Shown: positions 50,901 through 60,500 of the stretch, in pieces
How positions within the stretch are numbered: position 1 is the stretch's first letter
How the letters are laid out: every line of letters begins with the position of its first letter
Virus record (IMG/VR): IMGVR_UViG_3300028844_002497
Location: 2,793-66,792 of that record
Reading direction: 5' to 3' (one strand)
DNA: 64,000 nucleotides
DNA from: a virus
Notes under the pieces: model-generated
What the model was told of the DNA's origin: nothing
Database searches by the model: none
Seen by the model: the letters and a program-made list of their open reading frames with translations, nothing else
Position numbers and translations under genes: made by a program

Positions 50901-53648
50901 GATTCCAGTCCCTCTGCCGTAAGCAAATAATTTGTTACCTAAAAATGATGTACCTTGATAGACTGTAGTATCTCCGAATGATACTCCGTCTTTGTCAAAG
51001 ATATCAAACTTTGGTGCTTGATTTACTGTAAGTTTTTGTTGTGCTTCTTCCCAAACAGTTCCATCAAACCAAAAAGTAGAACCTTGATAATTATATCCTC
51101 TTACTGCTACTGTTTGATCATCTGTTGAACATAAGGCATCTTCTGCTTCAGTTAAAGTTATAACTGGAGTAGATCCAAATGTAATTGTTGAAAAGCCGAC
51201 AACATAAATTTTGTTTCTAACTTCTAAGTTGGTGTCAGCAGTAAAAATAATTCTTGTGCCTGAAAACAATTCATAGTTGTTGACTGTAGTGTCACTGCCT
51301 ACAATTGATACATTAGTCTGTCCAACTACTGTTGAGTTAGCAAACTCAACTGTTAAAACAGTATTAGTGCCAACTATTTCAATATTTGTAATTCGTGTAT
51401 TATTAGGCAAAGCAAAATTAGAATCTGCTACATACATATTAACATCAAATGATGTAAAGATATCTGTTGTAGGAATAGTAATCGTTGTACTTGTTCCTGT
51501 TACACCTGCAATTGTTGCTGTATAACTTGTATATGTTTCTATGTCAGGATAATACTGTTGTTTGTTTGCAACTTGATCGAATGCATTTGTTGTTCTTGTA
51601 TCAATAAAATCTACAGGTGCCTTTGCAATTGTACCTGCATCAAATAATTTTAAGTTTGGATAAAACTCAATAATCGGACGTTTTGCTTTTGCATTACCTG
51701 TAGCATAAGTTGTTACAATAGATGGGTCTTTATTGTAATCAGCAGTCGCATTAATAACATCGATATGGAACCATCTGTTGGAACGTGACCAGGCATTTTT
51801 ATTAATAGAATTTCTACTAATTGTAATATAATCTTGGTCGACAGGAATAAACAACTCTGTATCAAAGTTACCAATCGAATATGGTAGTGAGTCATAAGGA
51901 ATATAATTTGTTCCTGTAAAATCTTCTGGTACTGTTAAGTCTGTGGTCAGAATCAAATTAATAGATTCGCCGACACCCTGAACATAATATTCACCTGTCA
52001 AATAACTTGAAGGAATAACATCTCCATCAAATTGTACTTTTAATCCATTTGTAAATTCAATACCATTTGTTGATGTAAATGTTTTTTGACCTATAATATC
52101 TTCATCAACATCTAAAGTGTTTGTTAAGTTACTTTCGATTAACTTAATACTACCCACTTTATTTGCATTTGTCCCGTCTTGGTAGTATAATGTATCTAAT
52201 AATGCTGAAAGATAAGGTACTCTTGTAATTTCACCTGCTAATGATCTATAAAAATCTAAGCCAATAAATTCTGTACCAAATTGAGCAGTAATTTTTTCCT
52301 CAGTCGGTATCACTCCACCGGGAATTAAACGAATTGTCGGATCTGATGAGTCACCTACATATGTAATTGTATAAAAGTTTTCATTGACATTTGTATAAAA
52401 GCCTTCTTCCCATAAACCTTCGTTGATATTTGCTACCATTGAGCCTGTTTCAGCAACTAATGATAATGTCGGGCCGTTTAACGTTAATGAAATAGTAAAT
52501 GAAGTCGAATCAATTATGTCTTTTACATAATAAATTGTATCAACGTCTAGTCCACCAAGCAACGGATCATTTTCAGGTACTGCTGTAAATGTAACAGTTT
52601 GATTTGTAACTAAGTCTGTTGTTGTTCCAGATGACAATTTAAGTTGTGATGTTGTTGTCTCATCAATCGATAAAGTTACAGGAGCAACGATTTCAGGAGA
52701 TGTTAAATTAACATCATAGTTTGCACCATTCTCATCAAAGAAAGATTGTACGAATCCTATTTCATTTGGTTCTTCTGTTTGATAGAACATAACAGTAAGA
52801 CCTTCTAGTGAAGTAACACCGTCAATATTTCCTACTTGACTAACTGTTAATCCGTTGACTTCTGAAAATAGTTTTGTACTTACAACACTTACTGTGTTTT
52901 CTCCGGGGAATAAAAAATCATTTTGTGCTTCTCTACTCGGCACAGTAAATGTTACATAACCAGTACTTGCACCGTTGTTGTTAACACCTAATACATCTCT
53001 AGTATTCTGTGCGCCGTCTAAGCCAGTTGTTCCTGGTACACCTTGTATCCAAAATTGAGTTTCTTGGTTGACTGCAAATCTATAAGACCCGCCACGTAAC
53101 AATGTTAAAGTAGGATTTAAAGAACCTGATGCCGCACCTAATGCTTTAATACTGTATGCATTTGATGTGTCAGTTACAATGTAATCAGATTCTGAGAATA
53201 CTGTAGCACTAGCAACAGTGACTGCCGGAGGCCCTTCTGGTATCCAATAGTATTGATTAAAGTTTATTAATTTATCTAAGTCTGTAAAAGAGTCCCATGA
53301 ATAAAATTGACTGTTAAACAAACGAGAATTATCTAGTGTTACACCACCTTTAAGTTGCAGTGCATCGATAAGTTCAGGATAAGTTAAAAAGTCTTTAGCA
53401 GTAGATTGGTTTGTATTTAAAAATGCAGTACCGGGTGCTAATTGATAATCTGTTCTTGTTTTGTTTGGTTCAGTTACATAATAATCTTTTGCATTAACGC
53501 CGTACCCAAACTTACTTCCAACGTACCCTTGCAATGTTTCTGTTTTGGGTTCGTTGACTAGTTGATCTAGGGTTGCACCTAAGAATTGTGCATTGGTAGA
53601 GGTTTTAAATATCTCAGGTAAAAACTCTAATGTTCTGATCTTTGCCAT
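44919..53648 (-). CDS. N-terminal part of a giant virion structural/baseplate protein, with FG-GAP-like repeats near its end; probably continuous with 34364..44983
   Basis: 2909-aa ORF directly downstream of gp6; its last ~20 aa (RYYKHNCKCIRWQTYHFNY) look out of frame. Confidence 0.85.
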   Translation of the reverse strand: MAKIRTLEFLPEIFKTSTNAQFLGATLDQLVNEPKTETLQGYVGSKFGYGVNAKDYYVTEPNKTRTDYQLAPGTAFLNTNQSTAKDFLTYPELIDALQLKGGVTLDNSRLFNSQFYSWDSFTDLDKLINFNQYYWIPEGPPAVTVASATVFSESDYIVTDTSNAYSIKALGAASGSLNPTLTLLRGGSYRFAVNQETQFWIQGVPGTTGLDGAQNTRDVLGVNNNGASTGYVTFTVPSREAQNDFLFPGENTVSVVSTKLFSEVNGLTVSQVGNIDGVTSLEGLTVMFYQTEEPNEIGFVQSFFDENGANYDVNLTSPEIVAPVTLSIDETTTSQLKLSSGTTTDLVTNQTVTFTAVPENDPLLGGLDVDTIYYVKDIIDSTSFTISLTLNGPTLSLVAETGSMVANINEGLWEEGFYTNVNENFYTITYVGDSSDPTIRLIPGGVIPTEEKITAQFGTEFIGLDFYRSLAGEITRVPYLSALLDTLYYQDGTNANKVGSIKLIESNLTNTLDVDEDIIGQKTFTSTNGIEFTNGLKVQFDGDVIPSSYLTGEYYVQGVGESINLILTTDLTVPEDFTGTNYIPYDSLPYSIGNFDTELFIPVDQDYITISRNSINKNAWSRSNRWFHIDVINATADYNKDPSIVTTYATGNAKAKRPIIEFYPNLKLFDAGTIAKAPVDFIDTRTTNAFDQVANKQQYYPDIETYTSYTATIAGVTGTSTTITIPTTDIFTSFDVNMYVADSNFALPNNTRITNIEIVGTNTVLTVEFANSTVVGQTNVSIVGSDTTVNNYELFSGTRIIFTADTNLEVRNKIYVVGFSTITFGSTPVITLTEAEDALCSTDDQTVAVRGYNYQGSTFWFDGTVWEEAQQKLTVNQAPKFDIFDKDGVSFGDTTVYQGTSFLGNKLFAYGRGTGINDAILGFPLRYSAVDNVGDISFDCSLNVDSFSYVSGTNPETERVNTGYVYNYSTRTEKTRELGWQTALAPSVQYQIFELEYNKGSTAEFTCDVAVIPEADDSWPRIQVYVNNTYQLESTYTVTETDNTTKITLNTAPTVDTPVQILILSNQTSDTAYYSIPINLSNNPFNTDLQLADIGDIRSQYQDIFINNPNSTGTIFGSNNLRDLGNLVPYGTKIIQNSASLVLPSVFLRKSEHNLFNALQYNSEQYVKYKQQLVKIVNDIDWEQRFEPSYILDTALEQIVSAKSEGDSFFWSDMLPSQAPYKTNTYTFANALQESIYPLAQTYDFTEANYKGVLVYLTRTTSGVTKTTQLIRDVDYVVSTTSPSLTVTEDLQAGDVVTIKEYNQTYGNFVPNTPSKLGMYPRWKPEIVLDPNYQTPTYMLRGHDGSYTSLYTLDYTPATGLTDFRDQALLEFETRIYNNIKLSTLVPIERYEVLPGFFRESTYSTEDYLKIYSSQFLNWAGQNRIDYKTQSGFTKGNEFSWNYYQSGNKLTGTPIDQGYWRGVYEYFYGTSQPDIAPWEMLGFTEMPSWWTSRYGPAPYTSENGIMWGDIEAGIIYNTGGTTSITVDQLKRPGLNKIIPVDDHGDLRSPFDAIIGAYDANTLQRDWKVGDDAPAEFSYRRSSSYPFDLMRIFALTKPAEFFNLGSDLDNYKYNTEFKQYLVNDRSHLDIGAIDIYGAGTAKTSYINWIVDYEKQQGVDATTEITTLLNNLDVRLIYRLAGFSDKTLLKFFVEKATPNSDNSSLLIPDESYSVLLHDNQPNDQIKFSNVTIQIVQNGWKVFGSSQDQAYFTTDTPVSNGNTNKIEVDSYTVQIANDYTSTAPNEKIVPYGTQFYTYQALSQFLASYGSWLQRKGMKFDLIENGAEINWNTMIREYLYWTQFNWENGSLLTVNPSAQDLKIEKDSDIVQPLTIEQDNFLLNQNLYPISTKDLSIERLDTKFQVKTLNVGDTMGYGQFNMSSIEHGIVFDNNTVFNDVIYNLITGLKQNRIYLRGTKTAEWNGTVNASGFILNQDNIKEWTTAYKYAKGEIVKYKNKFFIANKTIQPSDKFIELDWAETDYNDIQKGLLPNSATRSYESTLYYNSTKANLENDADQLSFSLIGFRPRDYLASVNLSDITQVNVYKNLIQSKGTTNAVSAFKGTQLPTGGIDYDVYENWAILSGQFGGTLNSNFVDFRLDQAKLTGNPGIVSLTEGMPTIGSQQEVSVHNLFNYARPIDGPEILSTLKSEDPLSLYPTAGFVNYNDVKMAAYDFNSLKNRAVNIDGKQIPISQFYVRDYMWIANFKEQWKVYSVKPIGQVTQVQPNNDNTTTITFEERHTLSKLDPLSIIGVGSNIDGYYVVTKVINTREVAVNLTLEPSSAIRPNQGLGLSFVDQRVAKPGDIVNLDLVEAEFSKNTVWVDQASDGGWGVYRKSINYSLTNNLNRADGQEFGSSVAYTPRMGYLIGDSAAGKVYRYGLNPVSKQFDEDTGDRITESTSFGTAIAYSNNLFVISEPETTPTTSTLRIYTLNDSVLSDDIIPLQSFTSSFSSGTSLAISNDQNYIFAGNPSNNSVQVYNRQRIPLTAGYFNIGETYEITSLGNTTDQQWKDIGAIEGKVGIIFNATGVGTGTGTANQISYEAIDDIDGTVAPVNAIAGDKFGFSVSCDSNGDTISIGAPETQSPTNKTNWGSNFVFSRLVQNIESQYTAIPNQPQQYPLAWTTLFLSRTASDVTSSVITANASMTGYNNGDPVVFNEGGNYGTTGITPNQVYYLSDITGSTFKLKESRSSATTLTFTDDTVSFTVLVQTEPLLVSVNGTVVDDDNYGVGGGTADFRYFGDIRAGDIITISTRRMQWVQTMVSYADDRVGVFMGYDSDMTSYGSEILIGAPGEIRIDGADQTDGTVYRYTNGGGKYGTVIGTTDTALTAERKLLINGYLVVLPSGYNATQCANLINRYYKHNCKCIRWQTYHFNY

Positions 53649-53663
53649 ATTTAATTTACAACC

Positions 53664-56600
53664 TTATGACTGCATTGTTGCAGGAGTTAATGCGGGTACG
53701 ATTACAATATCTTCTGTAGTAGCCGCGTTTACAAATATTTCGTATGGTCTACATTTAATTTCATAAAGATCACCAAATAATTTTTCTGGATCGTCTGAAA
53801 CAAGTATAACCGAACTCACTAGTTCTCCTATTTGTTCATGTAGATACGCACTTAATTCTGAAAAGAAGAAAGTGTCGCCAAAATTCCAATTGTTAATGTC
53901 AAAATAACTATCTATTGCCGCTAATACAGAACTTCTAATTTCACTATTAGATGCATTTGTTGATTGTGATTTTACTACTTTAATAGTTGCTCTCAATGAT
54001 TGATCTGCTTTCGCTCCAAACAATGGTTTAAACGTAACACTATTTAATATAACTGAATCTGACAACATTTTATAATCTTGCACTAATGGATATGCAGTAT
54101 TCAATTCATCAAGTGTTGGTTGATTAGGTTGTTTAACTGTATCTGTCGTGTCTTTAATATAATTATTAAATGCAGTATAATATGCTTGTGTCACTAAGTA
54201 TAAATCAATAATGTTTGTAGTTGCTGGATCAATACGAGTTGTATTATTTGCATTATGTCTGTATTGATAATCTAATCCTTGTCTACCTGACTTAATAGAA
54301 TAATCTAACTGTTCAGTCATAATATAGTTAGGTGTAGTTATTGTAGGATCTTGCACTGACTTATAAAATTTATTGTCTGTGAATGCATAAAATAATTGTC
54401 CTACCGGGAATTCATATTTTACAATTTCAATTTGATTTTTAGTTCCGTATGTATAAACGACATCCGTGCTAGGCACAATCAATTGCCTTGTTAAATTAAC
54501 AGGATCTGTAATAGTTCTAAAGAAAACATACACACCTATGTTTGCGCCGTTGTTTACAAAACCAGTAATGTCATTAAAGAAGTCTGGGTCTAATATTAAT
54601 TGACCGTTATTAACATCTGTAGCGGCTACTTCAACTTGGAAGTCATTTACATAACCATCTGATTCAACAGTCTGTCCTAAAATATTAACTTTAGTATCTG
54701 CACCTAATGCAGTTGCAGTATTAAACACTGTATTAATGCCCAACATGTTAATAAAGTCTTGTATAATTTTACCAGTAAACGGATCATATACTAATTCATC
54801 TTTGCTATAGGTAAATCTTGTATCAGCAACACTACCAAAATAATATGTTAATGATTTATATGTTACAGTATAACGATTGTTTCCTAAACTAGTAAACTTA
54901 ACAAAGTAGTTTGCGTTTGACGCCGCTCCGATTGACCAACGTTCTTGGTTAATCAATAACGAGTTATTAAAAATTAAAGTGAAATCTTGTTGTAATTCTA
55001 TTTTAAGAATTGCTTCTTGTATGACTTCACTTGATAAAGAATTATCGAACACTGGAATAATTTCTGTAAGTAAAACTCCGTTGGGTACATAACCATTTAC
55101 TGTTACCGGTCCCTTACCATTTGCAAATGTTCCTTCTCCGTTATTGTTGCCATCGCCAACAACATTTAATATTGTTGACCATATGTAATTCTTTTCTCCA
55201 CCAGTTGGGACACCTGCAACTAAACGATTGTCTGCATCAAAATAATATCCAACTGGTGCATCAAATTTTAATAATGCTCCTTGAGTTACATACTTTGCAT
55301 TAGTCGTTGTAAATGTTCCTACAGGCTGAGGTTGTTCTATTGTTCCGTTGAGTGAATAAAAATAACCAGATTCACTTGACGCATCTACTGAACTTGTTTT
55401 CCAATATAAAGTACTACCGCCGCCCGTGCCTGGATATGCATAACGTGTATAATTTTGTATATAATATTGATTAGCACGATTTAATGCAAGTACTGATGCC
55501 AAATCATCTGTAAAGAACTGAATGATATCTGATGTATTGTTTACTTGCAATGTTAAGAAACCGTCGCCGGACTCTTGGTACAACGCACCGTCATCTCCAA
55601 ATGAGTTTGTACTAGAATATTTTCCGGTTGGATCAAGTAAATCTAAGTTTTTAGATACTCCGATAGAACTTCTATTGATTGCTTTTGATTTAATAATAGA
55701 GTTATAAAGAGTATAAGGGAAGTTTGTATAATCTTCTCCGTTAACCATACGATTTTGTGTATAATATCTTGTTGGCGCTCTTTGTTTGATTGCCGAAATA
55801 GGTTCTCTTGCTTGAGCATTTGATACTACAACGGGCAATGAAAAGGTCATCGACATAGTTTGAGTACTACCTACTCTGTCAACATACACAATAGAGACAC
55901 TGACACCGTTCATTTCAGAAGGGTCAATAGTATATGTCAATGCATTGCTTGATCTTACATATGCTCTAAAGTTACCTACGGGCATTTCTGAAAATACACC
56001 GTCACCAAATACATATGTAACTTGATCATTTACACGTGAGTTTACAGAAAAGATTTTCTTATCACTTGATTCTGTTTGTAGGTATGCATCTGCATAAACA
56101 TTTTCTACTTCTTTCCATGAACCTAATGTGTTATCTGCACTTACTTGATATAACCAAGTATCTGTTTCGTTGACACCCGAGACATCAACATTAATTGTTT
56201 GGTTTGAAATTTGTTGTTGAAAGTTAAAATTAAAAGGCGTTAATGATCCTTGCTTAAAGAAAAACATAAATCCTGTATTAGGACTACCGAAACCTAATTT
56301 ATCATTTCTGTATAACATATTAAGTTTATTAGTCGGTGCAGGTGGAATCTCGTAAATGTAGTTTTCATCTAGTGAGGTTGCACTTACTAGTTCAAAGTTC
56401 ATACCTTGACCGTCGACTTGTGATGTAAACGGTACGATTGGCATCGTACCTTCAGGTAGTCTTACTCCATATTCACTTGTTGTTACGCCTAAAATATCAG
56501 ATGTATTTCCCGGTCTGCCTATTCTTTGCGAATCTACCATTGCCGCATTGAATATGGTATTCATTTGATCTAACCAATTACTGTTAGATGGATCGTTCCA

Positions 56601-57029
56601 ACTAATCGGTGTATTACTTAAATTAACACCATTTACATCTCTAACATTTTCAGTTGTTCTAACTGTAGTTACTTTTAAAAATCCAGATGCACAAGAATTT
56701 CTTTTGGGTGTGTAGCCAACTAAGTCTGCTAATTTTACTACAGAGTCTCTGCGTTCGGCCGTGTCAATGAAATTTTCACGTGTGTTTAAATCGTTTCTAA
56801 AAGCAAGACCTTGACCCATAAAAGCCATAACATCAAGTAAAGCAATATATTCCGAACTTTCAATATAGTCGTTGAATTTTTCAGGATAATAGAGTCTAAT
56901 ATAATCAATAAAACTTTTTCTTAAAGTCTCATAATCATATGATCGGAAGTCTGCCTCACGAAAGGTTTCGTAGATTGCTTTCCAATCATTTACTCCAAAG
57001 AGTCCTGATTGCCTTGAACTTGTAGCCAT
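53664..57029 (-). CDS. gp6: Baseplate wedge subunit, T4 gp6-like
   Basis: DFRSYDYETLR..FNDYIESSE..LLD..AF..DLNTRENFIDTAERRDSV..LA..VGY.PKR; FGDGVF; IKQRAP..YYTQNRMVNGEDY. Confidence 0.88.
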   Translation of the reverse strand: MATSSRQSGLFGVNDWKAIYETFREADFRSYDYETLRKSFIDYIRLYYPEKFNDYIESSEYIALLDVMAFMGQGLAFRNDLNTRENFIDTAERRDSVVKLADLVGYTPKRNSCASGFLKVTTVRTTENVRDVNGVNLSNTPISWNDPSNSNWLDQMNTIFNAAMVDSQRIGRPGNTSDILGVTTSEYGVRLPEGTMPIVPFTSQVDGQGMNFELVSATSLDENYIYEIPPAPTNKLNMLYRNDKLGFGSPNTGFMFFFKQGSLTPFNFNFQQQISNQTINVDVSGVNETDTWLYQVSADNTLGSWKEVENVYADAYLQTESSDKKIFSVNSRVNDQVTYVFGDGVFSEMPVGNFRAYVRSSNALTYTIDPSEMNGVSVSIVYVDRVGSTQTMSMTFSLPVVVSNAQAREPISAIKQRAPTRYYTQNRMVNGEDYTNFPYTLYNSIIKSKAINRSSIGVSKNLDLLDPTGKYSSTNSFGDDGALYQESGDGFLTLQVNNTSDIIQFFTDDLASVLALNRANQYYIQNYTRYAYPGTGGGSTLYWKTSSVDASSESGYFYSLNGTIEQPQPVGTFTTTNAKYVTQGALLKFDAPVGYYFDADNRLVAGVPTGGEKNYIWSTILNVVGDGNNNGEGTFANGKGPVTVNGYVPNGVLLTEIIPVFDNSLSSEVIQEAILKIELQQDFTLIFNNSLLINQERWSIGAASNANYFVKFTSLGNNRYTVTYKSLTYYFGSVADTRFTYSKDELVYDPFTGKIIQDFINMLGINTVFNTATALGADTKVNILGQTVESDGYVNDFQVEVAATDVNNGQLILDPDFFNDITGFVNNGANIGVYVFFRTITDPVNLTRQLIVPSTDVVYTYGTKNQIEIVKYEFPVGQLFYAFTDNKFYKSVQDPTITTPNYIMTEQLDYSIKSGRQGLDYQYRHNANNTTRIDPATTNIIDLYLVTQAYYTAFNNYIKDTTDTVKQPNQPTLDELNTAYPLVQDYKMLSDSVILNSVTFKPLFGAKADQSLRATIKVVKSQSTNASNSEIRSSVLAAIDSYFDINNWNFGDTFFFSELSAYLHEQIGELVSSVILVSDDPEKLFGDLYEIKCRPYEIFVNAATTEDIVIVPALTPATMQS

Positions 57030-57078
57030 AGTTTTTCCCTGTTTCAAGTATTTATCTTTATGGAAAAACCGAGTTTTT

Positions 57079-57528
57079 TTATGCTACTGTGGCTGTATTT
57101 GTCTGAGAATCAAAGAATAATGCTATATCTCCGGCATTATTGTATGGAGTGATAGATAATTGAACTTCTATTAATATCCCATTTTCTCTAGGATATGCTT
57201 GGATTGTATTAATTATAAGACGGGGATCTAATCCAGCAACTCGTCTAACTTCATTTTGTATCGCAGTTTGAATGTCACTTGTGTTAGGTTCAAAAATAAA
57301 GTCCCATAATGTAGTGCCATAATTAGGTTTGCCTACTTTTTCCCCGCGTCTAATATTAAGTGCATTAACTAAATCTTGTATAACAAGTTGTTCATCAGTT
57401 AATCTAAACTTTTTACCAAAAATAATAGGATTGGTTATGCCGTTTGCTTGTCCATCAATAGCCGGCACAGGATTAACCGTTCGTGCTTTGTCTGCGTTTA
57501 TTGTTGAAAATCCTACGTAAGTTGCCAT
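57079..57528 (-). CDS. gp25: Baseplate wedge subunit, T4 gp25-like
   Basis: LVxQDLxNxLNIRRGEKVGxPNYGTxLWDFIFEP..DPRL. Confidence 0.9.
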   Translation of the reverse strand: MATYVGFSTINADKARTVNPVPAIDGQANGITNPIIFGKKFRLTDEQLVIQDLVNALNIRRGEKVGKPNYGTTLWDFIFEPNTSDIQTAIQNEVRRVAGLDPRLIINTIQAYPRENGILIEVQLSITPYNNAGDIALFFDSQTNTATVA

Positions 57529-57533
57529 GATAC

Positions 57534-57541
57534 TATTTATA
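57534..57541 (-). promoter_or_regulatory. Exact T4 late promoter consensus TATAAATA
   Basis: Intergenic, 6 nt upstream of the gp25-like ATG. Confidence 0.6.
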
Positions 57542-57546
57542 CCCTA

Positions 57547-60500
57547 TTATTTTAACTTCCAATTAGTACCATTATAGTACCATTTTAAACCACCGCCGCC
57601 AACTCCTGTGTTTTCGTTTACCGTAATTATTCCATAATCTGTGTAAACATCTTGACCAACACCACCTTGTCCATCAGTAACTGTTAATGGGCCATCTCCG
57701 ATATCTTCACCGGTTACACTTTCGACTGTGTTGTCTGGAGCCGGATATCCTGTTATAACAGGTTTATAGTCAGTCGAGTAGGGCTCGTCTGTAAACTGAG
57801 TTTTATCTTTAGGAACATACGTTTTTGCAATAGTTGCTAGTATATTTGAATATGTGTTTTCATCATAGTACTTATCGGTTTGGTCAATGTCATCGATTGA
57901 GAATAAAGTATAATTTGAATCGCCAATATTAGAGTTATTATTGTCTGATTCAGATGCAAAAGAATCAGCAGTATTGCCGGCGGAGGAAACATTATCTAAT
58001 AAATTTTCTATATCACTAAACGGATTCGTTTCTGGTTGAATCGTTAGGTCTACACTAACAGTGTTAAATTGTTGTTCTGCGGCTTTAACTTTTTGTACTA
58101 ATGTCGCATATGTAGTCGAAGAAGCGGCTTGTTGATATGCCGCTTCTGCCGCCGCAATCTCTGGTGACCCTGCAGGGAAGTTTGTTTGTGCCTCGAATAG
58201 TGCCGCTTTTGTCTTAGCAATTCCTTTAGATAACACACTTAATTGTTGTATGTCGTTTGATAATGTTTTCTTTAATTGTGTGATAGTGTTAATAGCACTA
58301 ATTGTACCTGAGGGTATTTCACCTAATAAGTTCGGTCTAGGTACAATTGGATCTCCTAACACAGAATCTATTAAGTTTGTAATACTAGATCGATCATATG
58401 TATTGACTGCAACAACAGGTAGTTTAATAGTTGAGCCACCACCTGCAGTTAATGATGACAATGCAGATTGTAATGCGGCAGTTGTTCCTGGACTTAATGC
58501 ACTACTCAGAGCTCCAGTTACTTTACCTGTTAATTGATCTGTCATTGAATTAAAGTCATCTTTGATACTTCCTAAGCCGGATAATCCTTCATATGCTAGA
58601 TTACCTGCATCAATGCCGGCATATGCGTCGGCTCCTAAGTCTGATAATGCATCAGTTACTTTACCTAACCCGTCTGATATAGGATTAACTGCTCCTAGTG
58701 CATTGTTTACTATAGAGCCGGCGAGTTTTTGTCCACCTGGCAGTTGACTTACACCCGATGCTATTGCTCCTGATATTTTTGAAGATGTTCCTGTTTGTAC
58801 GTTTAATGCCGCGGCTTGTAGTAATCCTTGTTGTGTTAAAGTTGTTGGATCACCTGCAATTGCATTTATATCACTTACTGCATTATTAATGGCTGCTACT
58901 GCTCCCGGATCGCCACTGGCTGCTATTTGTGCGGCGGCACCTGATGCTGTAGTTAATGCGCCAGAGAATGAATCTATTCCGGCGCCTCCGGCTCCAACTG
59001 CGTCTGCAAGACCAGAACTAATTGAGTCAGTATTTACTAAATCTAATCCAGTCATACCTGCACTTGCACCTGCTACTGCGGCCGCGGCTGCACCGGCTGT
59101 TGCTGCCAAATCAACAGGGCTATTAGCAGGTAAAACAGGGAATGAATTTACAATAGACTTGAATGATGATGCCGCCGCACCAATATTTAAATCTGCGCCT
59201 ACGCCCGGTAAATCAAGTCCACTAGTATTAAGTGTGTCTAATGCTGATATAATACCACCTGCCCCACCAGAAAGTTCAGATGCCAGCATTGCTGTTGCAC
59301 CAGTTTTCATGCTGTTTAACACTTGAGTTGCTGATGCAGGAATATTATCATTTGATCCAATAGATTTTGTAATTATAGTTGATACATCCTTCACATTGTT
59401 TGTTAAATTTCCTTTATCACTCAACGTTGACATTGTACCCTGTACTATAGCACCTACTCCACCTGGTGATTCTTTACCTGTCATTGCTCCTAATGTCTGT
59501 AATGCTTTTTGTCCTTTCTGCATTACTTGTACAGCCGACTTTGCTTGTGCTCCTGATGAGTTTGTGAATTGTTGTAATGAGTTGACTCCTGCTTTTCCGG
59601 AAAATATTGATGCAGGCATAACCGAGGATAAAGAATCAGTTGTAAGTGGGTTAGACACACCAGGTATTTCTGCATACGACTTGCTTCCTATATCTCCTGC
59701 ATTGGCTGAAATTAAGGTATTAACCATAATGTCCGCTCCAGGTTTAAGAATTCCACCTTGAGTCATTTGTGATGGAGTTTGACCAAATAGACCTACGGCT
59801 GCCGTTGTTGCAGGTCCAATAGCATTATTAGTCATATTAGTAAGTGTTCCGCCGAGTGTTGTCGTGGCGAATGCTCCGAGGTTATCAATTGTATCTGATA
59901 GGACACCGGACAACATTTGAGACGTAGCATTTTTATCTAATGATTTACTAATTCCGCTTACTTCACTAATTGATGCGGCAGTTGTAGGATTTGGTAGACT
60001 CGTAGGTCCTCCTAAATCACCTGCTAAGTCTGCATTTAAATCTGCTATTGTATCTACTGGACTTGCAGGAAGTGCGCCTGCTGCCGATGGGTCTACTTGT
60101 ACGTCTGCACCTTGGTTTGCGTTCATCCAAGGCATATGAGCAGGCGCACGTGAAGTAATACTTGGAAGTTTTGCTAGTGCGGCAGCCCAACCTTTGACAT
60201 CATCAAATAAAGTATCCGGATGCATAATAAGTTCTATTGGTTCAATTACGTCAGGAGACAAACTGGCTGCTCCATCATTTAAATGTATTTTTGTTCCTTC
60301 ATTAAATATTTCTGCACCAGATTTTATGCCTACTTGACCTTCTGCCTCTATTGCAAGGGCCGCATCCGCTTTTATTTTCAAATCTTGTATTGCATAAAGA
60401 CTATAATCTTCTCCTACTCTTTGCTTAAATTCTTTGTCTGCATTTAATACAGTATTTTCAGATGAATTTATGTTTACATTTTTTGCACTTAAGTTAAGTG

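Noticed and set aside
57063-57080. AAAAAC-CGA-GTTTTT hairpin as a terminator
   Set aside because: The stem is almost all A-T and too weak to call
58080-60200. Locally higher GC as a foreign insertion
   Set aside because: Explained by Ala/Gly-rich coding in one continuous ORF with the same motif avoidance
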